Shown: positions 35,704 to 44,816 of the stretch, in pieces
How positions within the stretch are numbered: the stretch's first letter is position 1
Layout: each line of letters starts with the position of its first letter
Virus record (IMG/VR): IMGVR_UViG_3300037461_000409
Location: 1-64,000 of that record
Length of the DNA stretch: 64,000 nt
Origin: a virus
Strand: one strand, 5' to 3'
Translations under genes and position numbers: made by a program
The notes under the pieces: model-generated
The model's database searches: none
What the model saw: the letters and a program-made list of their open reading frames with translations, nothing else
Told to the model about the DNA's origin: nothing

Positions 35704-36023
35704 CGCCCGATCCATTGGCGCAACGGCCGACGGTGGCACAGCAGTCGCTGGCTCATCACCCAGTTGCCAGTGGGCTCGATAATCTGGTCCCGCTCGGCTT
35801 CCTTCATCACCGCGCCCATCGCCCGGGGCTCCCGTGGGGCGATGGCCGTCAGCTGTGCCCACACGTCATCGGTCGTGAATGCCAGATGTTTTCTGGCCAG
35901 AAACTCAACAACCGACCTGGCTTCGGTCATCCAATCGTCCGGCGCATGCTCTCCAACCTGCTCGATAGCCCGGTCCCTGAGATTCTTTCCCGCGACCGCG
36001 TCGAACAGCTCTGTCTGTTGCAT
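35700..36023 (-). CDS. Hypothetical phage protein
   Basis: FTTDDVW....EPRAMGAVM..A....I...G.......H.RP...W. Confidence 0.65.
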   Translation of the reverse strand: MQQTELFDAVAGKNLRDRAIEQVGEHAPDDWMTEARSVVEFLARKHLAFTTDDVWAQLTAIAPREPRAMGAVMKEAERDQIIEPTGNWVMSQRLLCHRRPLRQWIGR

Positions 36024-36046
36024 GGTGGGCCCCCCTTTCTTGTTGC

Positions 36047-36427
36047 TCACAGGGTTCCCCCTCTCCGGAAGTCCGGCACCGCCCGCTGGTCCACTCGCAC
36101 AAACAGGTGAAGCACATTCGGATGGTGGTTCACCCACTCTCGCCGCGGGGGGAGCACCTGCACCGCGCAGCTGTCGGTGCCAAGGAAAATCTCCTTGACC
36201 GCTACCAGCTCATCCCACGTCGGCAGCCGCCCGCGGGCGCTCACGCTGACATGCCGCCAGCGGTTGCCATCGCGCTCAAGCGCCTCACTCAAGATCACGG
36301 CCAAGCCGTCGCGGTAGGTATAGCTGAAGGCGTCGCGACGCTGCCAATGGGGCGGCAGGATTGCCGGAGCTGCCGTTGGCTCGGTCGGTCCGCAATCCCA
36401 GTCAACGTGTGGGATGATTGGCAACAT
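36047..36427 (-). CDS. Conserved phage protein
   Basis: WRHVSVS...RLPTWDEL..VK..F.G.....VQVLPP..EWVN.HPNVLHL. Confidence 0.75.
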   Translation of the reverse strand: MLPIIPHVDWDCGPTEPTAAPAILPPHWQRRDAFSYTYRDGLAVILSEALERDGNRWRHVSVSARGRLPTWDELVAVKEIFLGTDSCAVQVLPPRREWVNHHPNVLHLFVRVDQRAVPDFRRGGTL

Positions 36428-36753
36428 CAGTGTACGACCTTCCCTGGCAACGACCCGCTCGCGTCCACGATCTCAGACACGGGCACGATCTCCATCTTCA
36501 TCCCCTCGGAGACCAGCCGCACGAGGTACTCGCGATGGGTTATGGACAAAAGAGCCGATCCCAACATATCCGACGCTGTCGGACCGGAGAAGTTGGCCCA
36601 GTTGATCAGCCCCACAAACGCGCCCATCAGCGCCGCAGCCGCTTGCGGCAGGGACAGGCCGCAGATCTGGAGCGTGACGACCAGCGCACGGATCGCGGCC
36701 TCGATCTCGTTGCTGAACTCGAACTCGAACTTGGGATCGGCGTCATCAGCCAT
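36427..36753 (-). CDS. Hypothetical protein
   Basis: GGAGG RBS, coupled ORF. Confidence 0.5.
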   Translation of the reverse strand: MADDADPKFEFEFSNEIEAAIRALVVTLQICGLSLPQAAAALMGAFVGLINWANFSGPTASDMLGSALLSITHREYLVRLVSEGMKMEIVPVSEIVDASGSLPGKVVH

Positions 36754-36949
36754 CGGCCCGGGCCTCCAGTCCGAAGACGATGATCGACAGGCAGTGGAAC
36801 TCGCGGTCCGAGCTCTGGAGCACTCGCGTGTCGACGATGCTACCTCCCCAGCTGCCGAGCCAGTCGGCCACCCGCTGCCCAAGCTGCTCGCGGTCTCTGG
36901 CCTTGGTCGCGCTGAATACCTTGATCGTGTCGTACTTTCCCATGTTCAT
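36746..36949 (-). CDS. Small protein of a family I recognise from myxobacteria
   Basis: IKVFSATKARDREQLG..V..WL....IVD..V.QSSDREFHCLSI. Confidence 0.7.
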   Translation of the reverse strand: MNMGKYDTIKVFSATKARDREQLGQRVADWLGSWGGSIVDTRVLQSSDREFHCLSIIVFGLEARADG

Positions 36950-38622
36950 CCCTTCCTGTTGAATGCCCGTGTCAAGATCATCGCCGCCTGGCCCTTGGTG
37001 ATGGCCGGCGGGTGCGGTATCCGCATGCGCTTGAGCAACTCCAACTGCTTGTCCGTAGCCGGCCCGTTTCGCCAGGCTGCCCGGGTATCCAAGAGCTTCT
37101 TGCATTGGGGGTCTTGTTCCTCGGCCATGGCCTCGGCCTCCTTGAGCGCCCCGCGCAGGGTATCCATCGGCGGTCGATCCAGGGAGGCAGCCGGTGGTGC
37201 CAGGAACCGCACGCTCCACCGCCCGAGGCGATCCTGCCGCACTACCATCCGCCGGCGTTTGGTCATCGCCAGGACGTACCCTTCGCCGTCTGTGGTCGGC
37301 GTCCACTGGAGCGTGGTCCAGCTCGACAACTCCGGCGGAACGTCTGCGGCGAAAAACTGGATCTCGGTCACGGCCAGCGCCAGGTTTTCCAAGGTCTCGA
37401 TCTTCGACGTGTCGATCCAGGGGAATTTCTCCTCGAACAGCTGCAGCTGTTCCAGAACTCGCTCGGGGCGGTCCACTTTCCGCATGCGCGGAGGCAACCC
37501 GAACAGGGTGTTGAGCGTGATCAACTTGTGGCGCCCGGCCTGGCCAGTGAAGTCCAGCACCAGACAATCGGACTTGCCCGGAGACCGCCGAATACCGCGG
37601 CCAATCATTTGCATGTAGAGCAGGCTGGACTTGGTTGGACGGCACATGAGGATGCAGTCCACGCGCGGCTCGTCAAACCCCTCGGTCAGCACCATGCAGT
37701 TGGTGAGCACCTGCAGATCGCCGGCGGCGAACCTGGCCAGGATCTCCCGGCGCTCATCTCGCGGTGTGGCTCCGGTCAGCACCTCCGAGCTCCGGCCGAC
37801 GGCCCTGAAGCTCGCGCACAGCTGCTCGGCATGTGCTACGTCGACGCAGAAGGCGACGGTGCGGGTCCGGTCTTGCGCCTGCTGGAGATAGCCGGCCAGC
37901 ACCTCCCGATGGCGTTCCTCCTGGTTCACCACCTTCGCCAGCTCGGCCACCGCGAAGTCGCCAGCACGGGTGGACACCTCCGACAGGTCGATCCCGGTCT
38001 TGACCTGCAGACCCCTGATCGGGGCCAGCCACCCGTCGCGCATGGCCTGCAGCAGCGGGTAGTCGTAGGCGATCTCCTCGAACACCGCTCCCAGGCCCAC
38101 CTGGTCGGCACGGTTAGGCGTGGCGGTCCATCCGATCAAGGGCATCGGAGCAACGCCTCCGGAAAGAAACCCCATATGTCCCAATACGTTGGTGAAGGTT
38201 TTGGCAGTAGAATGATGACACTCGTCGATGATCACCAGCCCGAAGTCCTCGGGGTTCAAGTCTGCCAGACGCCGTCCTTGCAACGTCTGGATGCTCGCGA
38301 TCATCACCTGGGCGTCTCCGGCACGCCGGTCGGCCTGCTCGACACCCACCGTGAGGTCTGGGCTGATGGCCGCGATCTTGCGCGCGGCCTGGTCGAGCAG
38401 CTCCTCCCGGTGGGCGATGATCAGCGTGCGCTTGGCGGGAGCCAAGCGCGATGGCAGCTGGGCAAAGGTCACGGTCTTGCCCGTGCCAGTGGGCATGGCC
38501 ACCAGTAGCCGATTCTTTCCCAGCCGCAGGTGCCGCTCTATCTCGGAGAGCGCCTGCTGCTGATAGGGTCGCAGCGTCATCTCCCGAGCACCCACCTGGC
38601 CCAGCTGCACAACCTCGCCCAT
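36946..38622 (-). CDS. SF2 DEAD/DEAH-like helicase (Irc3/YejH-like)
   Basis: LRPYQ, MPTGTGKT, IIDECHH, TATPNR, LTEGFD.P, QMIGRG.R. Confidence 0.92.
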   Translation of the reverse strand: MGEVVQLGQVGAREMTLRPYQQQALSEIERHLRLGKNRLLVAMPTGTGKTVTFAQLPSRLAPAKRTLIIAHREELLDQAARKIAAISPDLTVGVEQADRRAGDAQVMIASIQTLQGRRLADLNPEDFGLVIIDECHHSTAKTFTNVLGHMGFLSGGVAPMPLIGWTATPNRADQVGLGAVFEEIAYDYPLLQAMRDGWLAPIRGLQVKTGIDLSEVSTRAGDFAVAELAKVVNQEERHREVLAGYLQQAQDRTRTVAFCVDVAHAEQLCASFRAVGRSSEVLTGATPRDERREILARFAAGDLQVLTNCMVLTEGFDEPRVDCILMCRPTKSSLLYMQMIGRGIRRSPGKSDCLVLDFTGQAGRHKLITLNTLFGLPPRMRKVDRPERVLEQLQLFEEKFPWIDTSKIETLENLALAVTEIQFFAADVPPELSSWTTLQWTPTTDGEGYVLAMTKRRRMVVRQDRLGRWSVRFLAPPAASLDRPPMDTLRGALKEAEAMAEEQDPQCKKLLDTRAAWRNGPATDKQLELLKRMRIPHPPAITKGQAAMILTRAFNRKG

Positions 38623-38831
38623 CGGCCTCTCCTATCCTGCCACCGGCTCAGGTGGAGTCGCGCGCCGGATTCGCTGTTCCGGCGCGTAGTGGTAACCTCC
38701 GATGGCCAGAAGGACCTGATACAGGCGGATCCCGCAGCACTTGTAGATCGTAGCAGCCTGCCAGGTCTCTCCATCAAGCGACACCTCGACAACTTCTCCA
38801 GCTCCGAACGTGGTCAGCATGCCCATGGTTG

Positions 38832-39068
38832 CTACCTCGGGGGCCAGTGCCAGGTGTTGACCGCGGGATCGTCGCTGTAGCGCACGACCCCTGCCTGGCC
38901 GGTCACGGGATCAATCGGCTGCATCGGCGCGTCGTTGGCGTCGAGAAACAGGTGCAGACCCACCGCTCGCCCATCCTCCAGCACGCGGGTTACGATAGCG
39001 GGGCGCTCCTCGCCGTTGGGTAGAACATAGCGAACGATTCTTCCGGGGGTGATGTTCTGCGGCGTCAT
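38832..39068 (-). CDS. Small conserved phage protein
   Basis: PGRIVRYVL...RPAIVTRV...WHWPPR. Confidence 0.65.
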   Translation of the reverse strand: MTPQNITPGRIVRYVLPNGEERPAIVTRVLEDGRAVGLHLFLDANDAPMQPIDPVTGQAGVVRYSDDPAVNTWHWPPR

Positions 39069-39626
39069 GGCCTGTCTCCTTTCGATATGGCCGGGTCGAC
39101 CAGGCTCTCGCCCGAGAGCGTGACAGCCCAGCGGTCATAGTGTTCCAGTGACGCCCAGCTGACCAGCCGCCATCCGACGGCCTCGGCCCAGGCGATGTAG
39201 AGCTCCAGCAACTGCAACGGGGTGATGCTCCGGCGCGGTCGCCCAGCCGGCTGCTCGTAATCGAACTCGGGCAACCACGGAGCCAAGGCCGCGATCTCCT
39301 CCCTGTCGAAGGTGCAGGCCCAGTCGAACAGCTGCTGGTCGGTCAGGTTGATGATCCTCGTTTGCTTCATCCTATCCTCTCTAGCCGGATCTCGAACGGC
39401 TGGCTGTTCTGCTCGAACCAGGCGGCGTACTCGGCTATGACCCGCTCGGACCACCAAGCGAGCGCAAGCAAGTCTTTGGCCCCTGTCCTACTGAGCAGGG
39501 GCATGGTCTGGTCGTACAGCAAACGGATCTCGTCATCCCGCCCCTGCGCACGAGGGTACTGGCGCAGTTCCCGCAGGCGGACGTGCCGCCGGTGCAGCTC
39601 GTCAACTCCCACCTGCAACACCTCGA

Positions 39627-40076
39627 TCACCGGATGCACCGCAGCTCCGCTTCCATGGCGCTGCAGGCCATGCCCAGGTCCGCGTGGATGTCCAGGTTGA
39701 TACCCGTGGCTCGGAGGGCTCCGGCGAGAGCAGGGGCTGCCGAGGGAAAGGTGCCGGACACCCCCACCACCGGAGAACGCGCTCGATTGTTGCGGCACAG
39801 GCCCAGGAGATAGCCGAACTCCCACTCAGACCACGAGGGGCTGTCGATCCAGATCAGGGACGCATCGGCAACCTCGATCATGGGCACAAGCCATCGCAGG
39901 AACACCTCCGGCTCGGCCCCCTCCGGCCATGCCCCGCAGACGATGCAGCCGGCGCGCGGCTCTAGTTCTTCGGCGGCCCGCAGCTGCCAGTTGCCGTAGC
40001 TACCCAGCAGGATCCCCATCGGCCTGGGGGTCTTGCCGTTGGGGCCCATCGGCGCGCTTGGAAACGTGACGATCAT
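39627..40076 (-). CDS. Nucleoside deoxyribosyltransferase-like/Rossmannoid protein
   Basis: ILLGS..NWQ...IEVADA.LIW.....EWEFGY. Confidence 0.45.
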   Translation of the reverse strand: MIVTFPSAPMGPNGKTPRPMGILLGSYGNWQLRAAEELEPRAGCIVCGAWPEGAEPEVFLRWLVPMIEVADASLIWIDSPSWSEWEFGYLLGLCRNNRARSPVVGVSGTFPSAAPALAGALRATGINLDIHADLGMACSAMEAELRCIR

Positions 40077-40376
40077 GCCGCACCTTCTGTCCTCGCCGGA
40101 TGCGCTTGTCTTTACGCACGGCCTCTCGCCGGTCGTAGGCATCGCGCATGCGAACGCCCTCGCAAGTCAGTCGCGCAAACCACACCGCCAGCTGCTCTCG
40201 GCTCTCGGCCCGGGTTCTGGTCTTCTGCCCACCTGCCCGCTCACAGAAAACCCGCCTAAACTCGGCCAGTCCACGCTTCTCCAGCCAAGTGCGACACCCG
40301 GACGGAATCTGGACAGCGGACCAGTAGATGCGGATCTGCCCAGATTGCACGTAACGGAGGGCGATGCCGTCGCGCC

Positions 40377-41723
40377 TCATCTCCACTCCCAGCGTTCAAC
40401 CCGCTTCTTGCGGATCAGCCCCAGCTCGCGCAGGCGGTCCAGAAACGCCCGCCGTCCATCGGGAGCTACGCCCTTGCCCTTGAGTCCGTCTTCGATGCCG
40501 CTCTTGGTGGTCTTGGCCGCGGCCAAAGCCGTCTTCTGGTCGGTCAGCTTCATCAGTTCAGCCAGGCACCCCGCGGCATCCACGATCTCATCCCGGTCGC
40601 GCTGTTGTGGACCCCACGAGTGACCCGACACCGGGTCTGCCACAGATCCGTTCTCCAGGATCCATGCCTTGGCCGCGGCCATCCCGGCTTCGAGCCGCTC
40701 CTCCACCAATGGCACCGCCAGCAGGAACCGCAGCACCTGCTCGGGCGCGGTGAAGGTCCCCTCGACATAGGGAGCGATCTCGGCGGTGGAGATGTCGCGG
40801 CCATGATTGCGATAGGCCGTGCAGTGTTGACGTACGAGACAGGTGCGGCACTGGGCCCCGACGTTGAACGTGGCCCGCCCGGCCCAGGCGGTCTCGGCCT
40901 CGTCCTGGACGACCTTCTTGGCCAGCTCCAGCACCGTCCCCTCAAGCTCGATCACCTCCGCGCGCCGGTAGTAAACCAGATAGCGTCGGACATCCACCCT
41001 TGCCAGGTTTAGCTCGGCGGCCGTACCCACGCCGTAGGCGATCATCTGGATGTCCTCGGCGATGTCCGGTAGCATACTCGGGTCGTTGTAGAACTTCCAG
41101 TCGGCCACCACCGCCCGGTCTCCCTGGACCTGCACCAGATCCCGCGTGCCAGTGACCAGTACCTCGCCAGCTTGGTACTGCATCGGCGCCTCGCATCGGG
41201 TGCTCATCGCCCCTGCCAGCGAGATCTTGCCCTCGGTGGCCAGGAAGCCCAGAAACTCGACGATCTCCTGGATGAAGCCCAGGCCGGCCTCCTGGGTTTC
41301 GAGGTACTGTCGCATGGCGGCCGAGCCCTGGGTGAAGGCCAGCTCCAGAGCCGCGTGTCCCAGGGTGCCGACACTGGTGTAGGATGTCGACGTATCGACA
41401 TCGCGCCGCTTGAGCCGGGCCGACAGAAAAATCGATCCCGGGCAGGTGAGGCCGAGATTGAGCGCCGAAGCCCGGATGGTCGGGCCCTCGCGCTTGGGCT
41501 GCGCCGGAACCATCGCCACCTCGGCCCACGGCATGCCCGCGGACTCCAAAGCCACGTCGAGCTTGCTCAGGGTTCCCTGGCCAATCCCCATGCAAAGCTG
41601 CCAGAATTGCCTACCTCGCTTCCGGATCTCCTCCGCGTCGTTGACTGCGCCCTCTTTGGCTAGCACTTTCATGATCGACGAGAGCGCGCGCCCCTTGATC
41701 CCGCACAGATCCTGCACCACCAC
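40377..41723 (-). CDS. Cas4/AddB-like PD-(D/E)xK exonuclease with N-terminal HhH (alpha-CTD-like) module
   Basis: CPGS, GTLGH..LE, GTRDLV..VADWK, Q...YG, CRTC....HC. N-terminal GIGQGTLSKL..AL...G. Confidence 0.8.
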   Translation of the reverse strand: MVVQDLCGIKGRALSSIMKVLAKEGAVNDAEEIRKRGRQFWQLCMGIGQGTLSKLDVALESAGMPWAEVAMVPAQPKREGPTIRASALNLGLTCPGSIFLSARLKRRDVDTSTSYTSVGTLGHAALELAFTQGSAAMRQYLETQEAGLGFIQEIVEFLGFLATEGKISLAGAMSTRCEAPMQYQAGEVLVTGTRDLVQVQGDRAVVADWKFYNDPSMLPDIAEDIQMIAYGVGTAAELNLARVDVRRYLVYYRRAEVIELEGTVLELAKKVVQDEAETAWAGRATFNVGAQCRTCLVRQHCTAYRNHGRDISTAEIAPYVEGTFTAPEQVLRFLLAVPLVEERLEAGMAAAKAWILENGSVADPVSGHSWGPQQRDRDEIVDAAGCLAELMKLTDQKTALAAAKTTKSGIEDGLKGKGVAPDGRRAFLDRLRELGLIRKKRVERWEWR

Positions 41724-41724
41724 G

Positions 41725-42612
41725 TCACACCCCCATCCCATCGTCGTCCAAGGGCGGGGGCTCGTCGCCGCTGGTGGCAGCCGGAGCGCCGCCCGGCAGC
41801 AGGGCAGCCTTTCCCTGCTCGACCGTCTCGAACTCATTGGCCGCCGTCGTCTGTCCATCCTCCAGCGCGGTGTAGATCGCGCGGATGTCCGCCACGTCCT
41901 CCTCGGACCAGTCGGGCGCCTTCTTTCCCACGCGCTGCTCAAGCATCTCGATGGTGACGCTGTACTTGGCAAACGCTTTCTTCACCTTCTCCACCGCCTT
42001 GTGGACGCCTCCCTCTTTCTTGACCCCCTGGGCGATGGCCTTCTTCGCCGCGTCCATCGCCATCTTGACCAGCCCCGCGGGCATGGCGTTGACGATGGCA
42101 TTCCGCTGGGCCTTGGACTGGCCGACCTGGAAGTTGATGTCGATCACGCGATCCTCGTCCATGCGACCCATGCCCTTCGACGGCTTCCTCTGGAGGTACT
42201 CACGCGCGAGGTTGAAGCCGGTCTCGTAGTCCACGAACTTGCCCCGGATGCGCCAGTGGCTGACGCTCTCGCCCACGGTGTCAGACGAGGCGAAGCAGTT
42301 GCCCCACGACCTCGCGAGGATCATCGCCATCTTGATCGACGGTCCCTCGATCTGCCCGCGGCTACCGTCCTTGTTCTTCGTCTGCCACGCATAGACCAGG
42401 CCCTCCGGGAACATCCCGCACTCCTGCTCGACCCGCTTGGCGACGAGCGGCAGATCCCGAGGTTGCTGGACGGACAGGGCCGTGACGTGGTCGGTCTGGA
42501 CGGCCATCATGGTCGAGCCGGACATAATCGCTGCCTCGGATGCGGACTCGGGATGCGCCGACTGGATCGCTCCCTTGAATCTGGACAGGGCCCTCTGGTT
42601 CTGGTTATCCAT
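41725..42612 (-). CDS. Putative single-strand annealing recombinase
   Basis: PRD, IEGPSIKMA..LARSWGN, D.ET, SKA.RNAI...P. Paired with the exonuclease. Confidence 0.65.
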   Translation of the reverse strand: MDNQNQRALSRFKGAIQSAHPESASEAAIMSGSTMMAVQTDHVTALSVQQPRDLPLVAKRVEQECGMFPEGLVYAWQTKNKDGSRGQIEGPSIKMAMILARSWGNCFASSDTVGESVSHWRIRGKFVDYETGFNLAREYLQRKPSKGMGRMDEDRVIDINFQVGQSKAQRNAIVNAMPAGLVKMAMDAAKKAIAQGVKKEGGVHKAVEKVKKAFAKYSVTIEMLEQRVGKKAPDWSEEDVADIRAIYTALEDGQTTAANEFETVEQGKAALLPGGAPAATSGDEPPPLDDDGMGV

Positions 42613-43289
42613 TGCGGTCTCCTTTTTCTTCGCCGCGGAAGCGCCCGAAGTGCGCTTTCAGCAGCAGCTGCGCGCCCCCTCCGACGCGGAGGGTAAGCGA
42701 GTAGTGATCCCACCGGATCAGTGCCCCGGTAATCTCGTCATGCTGGGAAAACGCGGTGATGGTTTTCCCGAGGTGCTCGCGAAACCAATCATCCTGGACC
42801 CGATTGGGGCCGGCCGCCGATTCACCCATTGGCCGCCCCCTCTGCCAGTGCCACTTCCTCGGCACTCATCTCCTGAAGCACCCACAGCAATCCAGTGCCC
42901 GAACAGGAGTTGCACTGCGGGTCTGGTCTGCGCTGGCCACCGTCCGTGCAGTCGCACGTCTCTTGCGCCGACGGCTCGCCCTTGCGCTCCCTAACTTCGT
43001 GGTAGCCGCAAAGCATCACCTGCACAGCCTGGAGATCCTCAAGCGACATCTGACAGACATGGGCCATCGGCAGCAGGATGTATCCATCTTGTCCGGCTCG
43101 CTGGATCCGGCCGGTGACGGTGTCGTGCGGTGGCGCGGAACGCCCAAGGCGATCCAATAGCTCAAGCAACAGCGCCTGATCGTCGGCCCCCATCTCCATC
43201 GCATCCGCGACGCGAACGACCAATGATCGGTGGGCTTTGGCCTCGAAGAACTTGCGCAGCCTGGCTGGATCGTCTATTCCGAGAAGCAT
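42605..43289 (-). other. Two small hypothetical genes (about 42605-42829, Hfq/Sm-like pattern, and 42822-43289)
   Basis: VQD.WF......IT......ITG.LIRWD.YSL.L....QLLLK resembles Hfq. The second gene has AGGAG RBS and CDC..C.SC.GTG. Confidence 0.5.
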
Positions 43290-43310
43290 GGGCGGTCTCC
43301 TGAAGAAGAG

Positions 43311-43368
43311 AAAAAGTGGCCCGATCGCCGGAGACCACGCGCTGGACAGCGCTAGGATGCGATCGGGC
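43311..43368 (-). terminator. Long-loop intrinsic terminator between the structural/lysis and recombination modules
   Basis: GCCCGATCGC...GCGATCGGGC followed by CACTTTTT. Confidence 0.55.
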
Positions 43369-43401
43369 TCGTTTGGCTCGCCAAGTGGACGGTGAGCCTA
43401 G

Positions 43402-43779
43402 CTATCGCTCACCGCCGAGGTCTCCCGGGGCCCGAGGGCCCATCCCGGCATCGGGCGTTAGCCTAAGTGGAATGCCGCTGTCAACTGCATTCTCGCAACG
43501 AGCCCGAACTTCAAGGATCCACGCCCGGAGAGCCGAGACGTTCTTGGCCAAGATCGCGGCATTGGGAGTGTCGTAGCAGACCATCTTCTCCGGACATCCC
43601 ATGGTCTGGCGCTTGACCGTCTCGATCAGCACCTTCGGTGGGAGCTTGCAGGGCACTTCCACCTTGACCACCGCTGCCGGCGGGCACGCTGGGCATGGGG
43701 CGAAGCACTCTCGCTTCGAGAGCCAGCAGCAACCAGAAAGCAGAACCGCGTGACACGTAACGATCAGCTTGGCGGTCAC
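43402..43779 (-). CDS. Putative o-spanin (lipoprotein)
   Basis: VLLSGC lipobox, Pro/Cys-rich. GTGA overlap with the i-spanin candidate. Confidence 0.6.
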   Translation of the reverse strand: MTAKLIVTCHAVLLSGCCWLSKRECFAPCPACPPAAVVKVEVPCKLPPKVLIETVKRQTMGCPEKMVCYDTPNAAILAKNVSALRAWILEVRARCENAVDSGIPLRLTPDAGMGPRAPGDLGGER

Positions 43780-44096
43780 ACCTCACCCCCTTCGAGCTCG
43801 TGGTCGAGCCACTGCCGAACCGCCTCGGGATCGCCGCATTTGGCCAGTCGGTCGCGCGTCTCTTGCAACTGTCCGCGGAGAACGGCCGCCTGGTCGTCCA
43901 TGGTCTTGATCTGGCGCTCCAGCTCGAACACCCGCTCGCGGTTGGCATCGGCGATCTTGCGACACTCGCGCTCACGCTCACCGGCGTCCTTCGCATCATT
44001 CTCGGCGCGCTGCTTGTCCGCGCGCTCATCCAGCGCCCAGATCATCAGCACCAGCCCCACGATCAAGCCCGCGCCCCCGATCACCGCGTACCACAT
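43776..44096 (-). CDS. Putative i-spanin
   Basis: N-terminal TM followed by coiled coil. Confidence 0.6.
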   Translation of the reverse strand: MWYAVIGGAGLIVGLVLMIWALDERADKQRAENDAKDAGERERECRKIADANRERVFELERQIKTMDDQAAVLRGQLQETRDRLAKCGDPEAVRQWLDHELEGGEV

Positions 44097-44110
44097 GGTC
44101 CTCCCTCCCT

Positions 44111-44614
44111 CTATCCGTTTGTCGTGTGCGGCTTGCCGAGGATTCCGTGGTTGACCAGCTCCTCAAGCATCCCCGTGGCCCAGCCCGTGGCGAACACACC
44201 GGCCGCGGCCTCGAAAGTCAAGCCCCCCTGGAACGTCGCCAGGAGAGCCGCCGTCAGCGACAGCACGGGCGAGACGACGTACTTCCAGCGGCCCATCTTC
44301 TCCAAGAGCTTGGTAGTCTTCAGCCCGAACATCGCGAGCATGATGATCACCGCCGAGAGATACCACCATTGGCCGCCTTTGGCCGCGGCGATAGCGTCCT
44401 TGACCGCGCCCGTGGCCTCGCCGATGTCTTTGGGCTCACTTGGCTGGCTGGCCGGAACCGGCTTCGTCACCGGCTGGCTGGTCGGGGACAGCCTCGCATC
44501 GGCAGCGGCCATTGCCGGAGCCGAGCGGAAAGCCGGCGACACCAGAAGCAACGCCAGGACCGCGCAGCTGATTTGTCTCCCCAGGAACATGCTCGTTCTC
44601 CTTTGCCGAGTCAT
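44111..44614 (-). CDS. Holin-like multi-TM membrane protein
   Basis: Signal-like segment plus 2-3 TMs, next to the spanin pair. Confidence 0.5.
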   Translation of the reverse strand: MTRQRRTSMFLGRQISCAVLALLLVSPAFRSAPAMAAADARLSPTSQPVTKPVPASQPSEPKDIGEATGAVKDAIAAAKGGQWWYLSAVIIMLAMFGLKTTKLLEKMGRWKYVVSPVLSLTAALLATFQGGLTFEAAAGVFATGWATGMLEELVNHGILGKPHTTNG

Positions 44615-44816
44615 CGGCAGTGAAGTCCCACGCTCGCCCCGATGCTCTGACCAGCACCAGACCGAGCTCGGTCGCTCGCGTGGGAGTGACAGAAGCGTGG
44701 ATGGCGCCGACAGGAGTCCTGACGATCACGACTATCTCGTGCGTCCGTCGGTCTACCCCAACGCCAAAGGCCCCGAGGCTGTCGATCATGTGGATGTTGT
44801 CTGCGTTTTTCATCGT

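Noticed and set aside
40377-41723. Cas4-like gene as part of a CRISPR-Cas locus
   Set aside because: Its context next to a putative annealase indicates an ordinary phage recombination exonuclease, and no cas1/cas2 was seen.
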